A stretch of 63,717 nucleotides of DNA, filler included, from Thraustochytrium aureum (Eukaryota): the NCBI GenBank assembly GCA_012862495.1. It is 8 parts of 3 records of this genome, joined end to end, with 100 filler letters (N's around TTAATTAATTAA, not from the genome) between each part and the next. Parts side by side here need not be neighbours in the genome. Positions count along the whole stretch, not along the records: positions 61,590 to 63,717 come from BLSG01000181.1; 7 more parts are not named here. The stretch is one strand, 5' to 3'. Positions 63,271 to 63,717 of this stretch are shown here, one piece after another. The position numbers and the translations under genes are program-made. A model generated the notes under the pieces. That model saw only the letters and a list, made by a program, of their open reading frames with translations. It had not been told where the DNA came from and made no database searches. Within the stretch, counting starts at the first letter, position 1. Every line of letters begins with the position of its first letter.

Positions 63271-63717
63271 ATGTTGGGCCTGGTCGCGCCGGCAACTCGA
63301 AGCGCTGCGGCGGCTGGAGCGAGGAGGGGCGGCTGGCGGGCCGTGAGAACAGCCGCGTCATGGAATGCGCCGCATGGCGCGCTGGACGGCGTGGAGCAGG
63401 GCGTGGTGGACATGTTTGAGGCGCTACGAGAGATTCGGCGTGATCTGCACCAACACCCCGAGCTAGGCCTCGAAGAGACGCGCACGTCGCGCTTGGTCGC
63501 GGATGAGCTCAGGAGACTCGGGATGGAGGTGCGAACGGGGATCGGCGGGCCCACCGGCGTCGTGGGGCTCTTGCAAGGGACCGGGGAGCCTCCCGCTGAC
63601 AGAACAGACACGGTCCAGCGCGTCGGGCTGCGCGCGGACATGGACTGCCTCCCGATGCAGGAGGACAACTCGTTTGGCCACAAGTCCAAGTTTGACGGGC
63701 GCATGCACGCCTGCGGG
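63271..63717 (+). CDS. M20D amidohydrolase (hippurate/IAA-amino-acid hydrolase-like), with an N-terminal targeting-like extension; runs off the window end and is absent from the ORF track
   Basis: Translation from ATG 63271: …IRRDLHQHPELGLEETRTSRLV…GGPTGVVG…VGLRADMDCLPMQE…SKFDGRMHACG. Confidence 0.92.
   Translation, partial: MLGLVAPATRSAAAAGARRGGWRAVRTAASWNAPHGALDGVEQGVVDMFEALREIRRDLHQHPELGLEETRTSRLVADELRRLGMEVRTGIGGPTGVVGLLQGTGEPPADRTDTVQRVGLRADMDCLPMQEDNSFGHKSKFDGRMHACG

Overview
This is GC-rich, intron-poor eukaryotic DNA, most likely from a thraustochytrid (Labyrinthulomycetes, stramenopile). The partial front-end desaturase at 61.6-62.4 kb matches, from my recall and not a search, the published Thraustochytrium aureum delta-5 desaturase. 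The window is not one contiguous locus. It is eight draft scaffolds joined by artificial N-TTAATTAATTAA-N linkers, with internal N gaps and many single-base indels that break conserved genes, probably sequencing errors. Housekeeping genes: profilin, an SV2-like MFS transporter, the IGP synthase N-terminus, STI1/HOP, clathrin heavy chain, succinyl-CoA ligase beta, a DRAM/Frag1 protein, a SAM methyltransferase, a Rab5-like GTPase, ATR, PRP22, the delta-5 desaturase and an M20D amidohydrolase. Most interesting: (1) a Roco GTPase with a TIR domain on each side (TIR-ROC-COR-TIR), both keeping the catalytic-position Glu, a candidate protist immune/NADase switch; (2) a co-chaperone cluster in which a TPR-PH gene looks like a chimera of its neighbours STI1 and a WW-WW-DnaJ-PH gene; (3) a profilin with an apicomplexan-style beta-hairpin insert; (4) an AT-rich motif array with variable spacers between the desaturase and the amidohydrolase; (5) two spliceosomal introns that the ORF track misses. 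No rRNA, tRNA, CRISPR array or transposase was recognised.
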